Source: an uncultured Gemmatimonadales bacterium
Lineage (GTDB): Bacteria; Gemmatimonadota; Gemmatimonadetes; Gemmatimonadales; GWC2-71-9
DNA: 64,000 nucleotides
Reading direction: 5' to 3'
Assembly: GCA_963728915.1 (NCBI GenBank)
Contig: CAVSLV010000004.1
Coordinates: forward strand, 320,001-384,000
Below, in pieces: positions 63,146 through 64,000 of the stretch; position 1 is the first letter of the stretch; the number at the start of each line of letters is the position of its first letter. Both the position numbers and the translations under genes were made by a program. Under the pieces are notes generated by a model. It was given only the letters and a program-made list of their open reading frames with translations, made no database searches and was not told the DNA's origin.

Positions 63146-64000
63146 TCAGGGAATGCGAGTGATCTGACCGAGGAAGAGAATCGTTCCGGAGTACCGTTCC
63201 CGAATGGCCAGCAGAAACGGCCGATCCACCAGCACCGTCACCGGCGCCGCGGTCTCCCCCACCCCCACCGAGGTGGCGGCCGCCGCTTCGGTGCCCTCCT
63301 CGTTGATGTTCACGAAGGTCTTCTGGGTCACCCGGGTCAGGTAGAGGTTGCCGGCCAGCGGGCCCTCGACCAGGGCGCTGAAGTCGGCCAGGTCGGGGTC
63401 GAAGGCGCGGCGCATTCCCAGCGCGGCCAGGTCGTCCTTCAGCTCCCGCTGGTACTCCAGCCGGAGCTTCGGCATGGCCAGGCCGATCTTGACGTCGCGA
63501 AGCGCGCCGATCCATTGGTCCCATTTCGCGGCGTCCAGCCCCGCCACCAGTCCATCCAGCGTCCCGCCTTCCCGGGGCAGCACGATGGTCAGGGACCAGG
63601 CGCCGTTGCCGTACAGCAGGTCGACCACTTCGGCGTCGGCCAGCGAGGCATAGCGCAGGGTGTCGGGCTCCCGATGCATCATCGACACGGTCTGGTCACC
63701 GCTCGGGGCGTGGAAGGTGGCCGGAGCGGTGCGGTCCGGATCGAACCCCGCCCGCCAGCGTCCCTTGAAATAGATCGCGTTGATCAGGAACATCACTTCG
63801 TTGCTCTGGATCTGATCGAGAATCGTGGGGATCTTGCCGCCGGTCTTGTCCTTCACCCAATTGTTGATGACGTCGAGCGACGAGGGCGCCTGGAGGTCGA
63901 GGGACTGCACTTCCGCATCGAACGAGCCGCGGGCCGCGTCGAGGAAGCCGGTCCGCCAGCTCACCCCGCTCTGGGCCCAGATCGAATTGGCGATCCGAAC
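63146..64000 (-). CDS. Serpin family protein, C-terminal part (truncated by window edge)
   Basis: INNWVKDKTGGKI, INAIYFKGRW, INEEGTEAAAAT hinge, VDRPFL. Confidence 0.95.
   Translation of the reverse strand, partial: VRIANSIWAQSGVSWRTGFLDAARGSFDAEVQSLDLQAPSSLDVINNWVKDKTGGKIPTILDQIQSNEVMFLINAIYFKGRWRAGFDPDRTAPATFHAPSGDQTVSMMHREPDTLRYASLADAEVVDLLYGNGAWSLTIVLPREGGTLDGLVAGLDAAKWDQWIGALRDVKIGLAMPKLRLEYQRELKDDLAALGMRRAFDPDLADFSALVEGPLAGNLYLTRVTQKTFVNINEEGTEAAAATSVGVGETAAPVTVLVDRPFLLAIRERYSGTILFLGQITRIP

Overview
GC-rich bacterial chromosomal segment. The gene repertoire and kinase style suggest Gemmatimonadota, but this is inference only. About 50 CDSs; I saw no rRNA, tRNA, CRISPR array, transposase, integrase or phage gene. 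Contents: TIR protein plus Ser/Thr kinase pair, a tandemly duplicated outer-membrane beta-barrel unit, gcvT, MogA/MoaB, a sigma-54 activator, the Fo+delta half of a split ATP synthase operon with a Rex-like operator, many peptidases and hydrolases, cstA with a YbdD/YjiX partner, an acyl-CoA dehydrogenase/ETF/ETF-QO cluster, and a serpin. The best candidate for an undescribed system is 11.1-18.8 kb. It holds a diguanylate cyclase built on a degenerate [FeFe]-hydrogenase/Fe-S scaffold, an unknown cytoplasmic protein, an unannotated 21-aa peptide gene with a strong Shine-Dalgarno (MIEWLAALFSALFAAEVQSWT), a multi-TM HD-GYP phosphodiesterase, and a convergent BTAD-STAND-TPR regulator. The HD-GYP gene and the TPR end of the regulator form a visibly lower-GC block, suggesting a peptide-controlled c-di-GMP module with a swappable specificity cassette. 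From about 28.6 kb onward many genes carry small indels that look like assembly errors. All calls come from reading motifs by eye; no database searches or computations were run.
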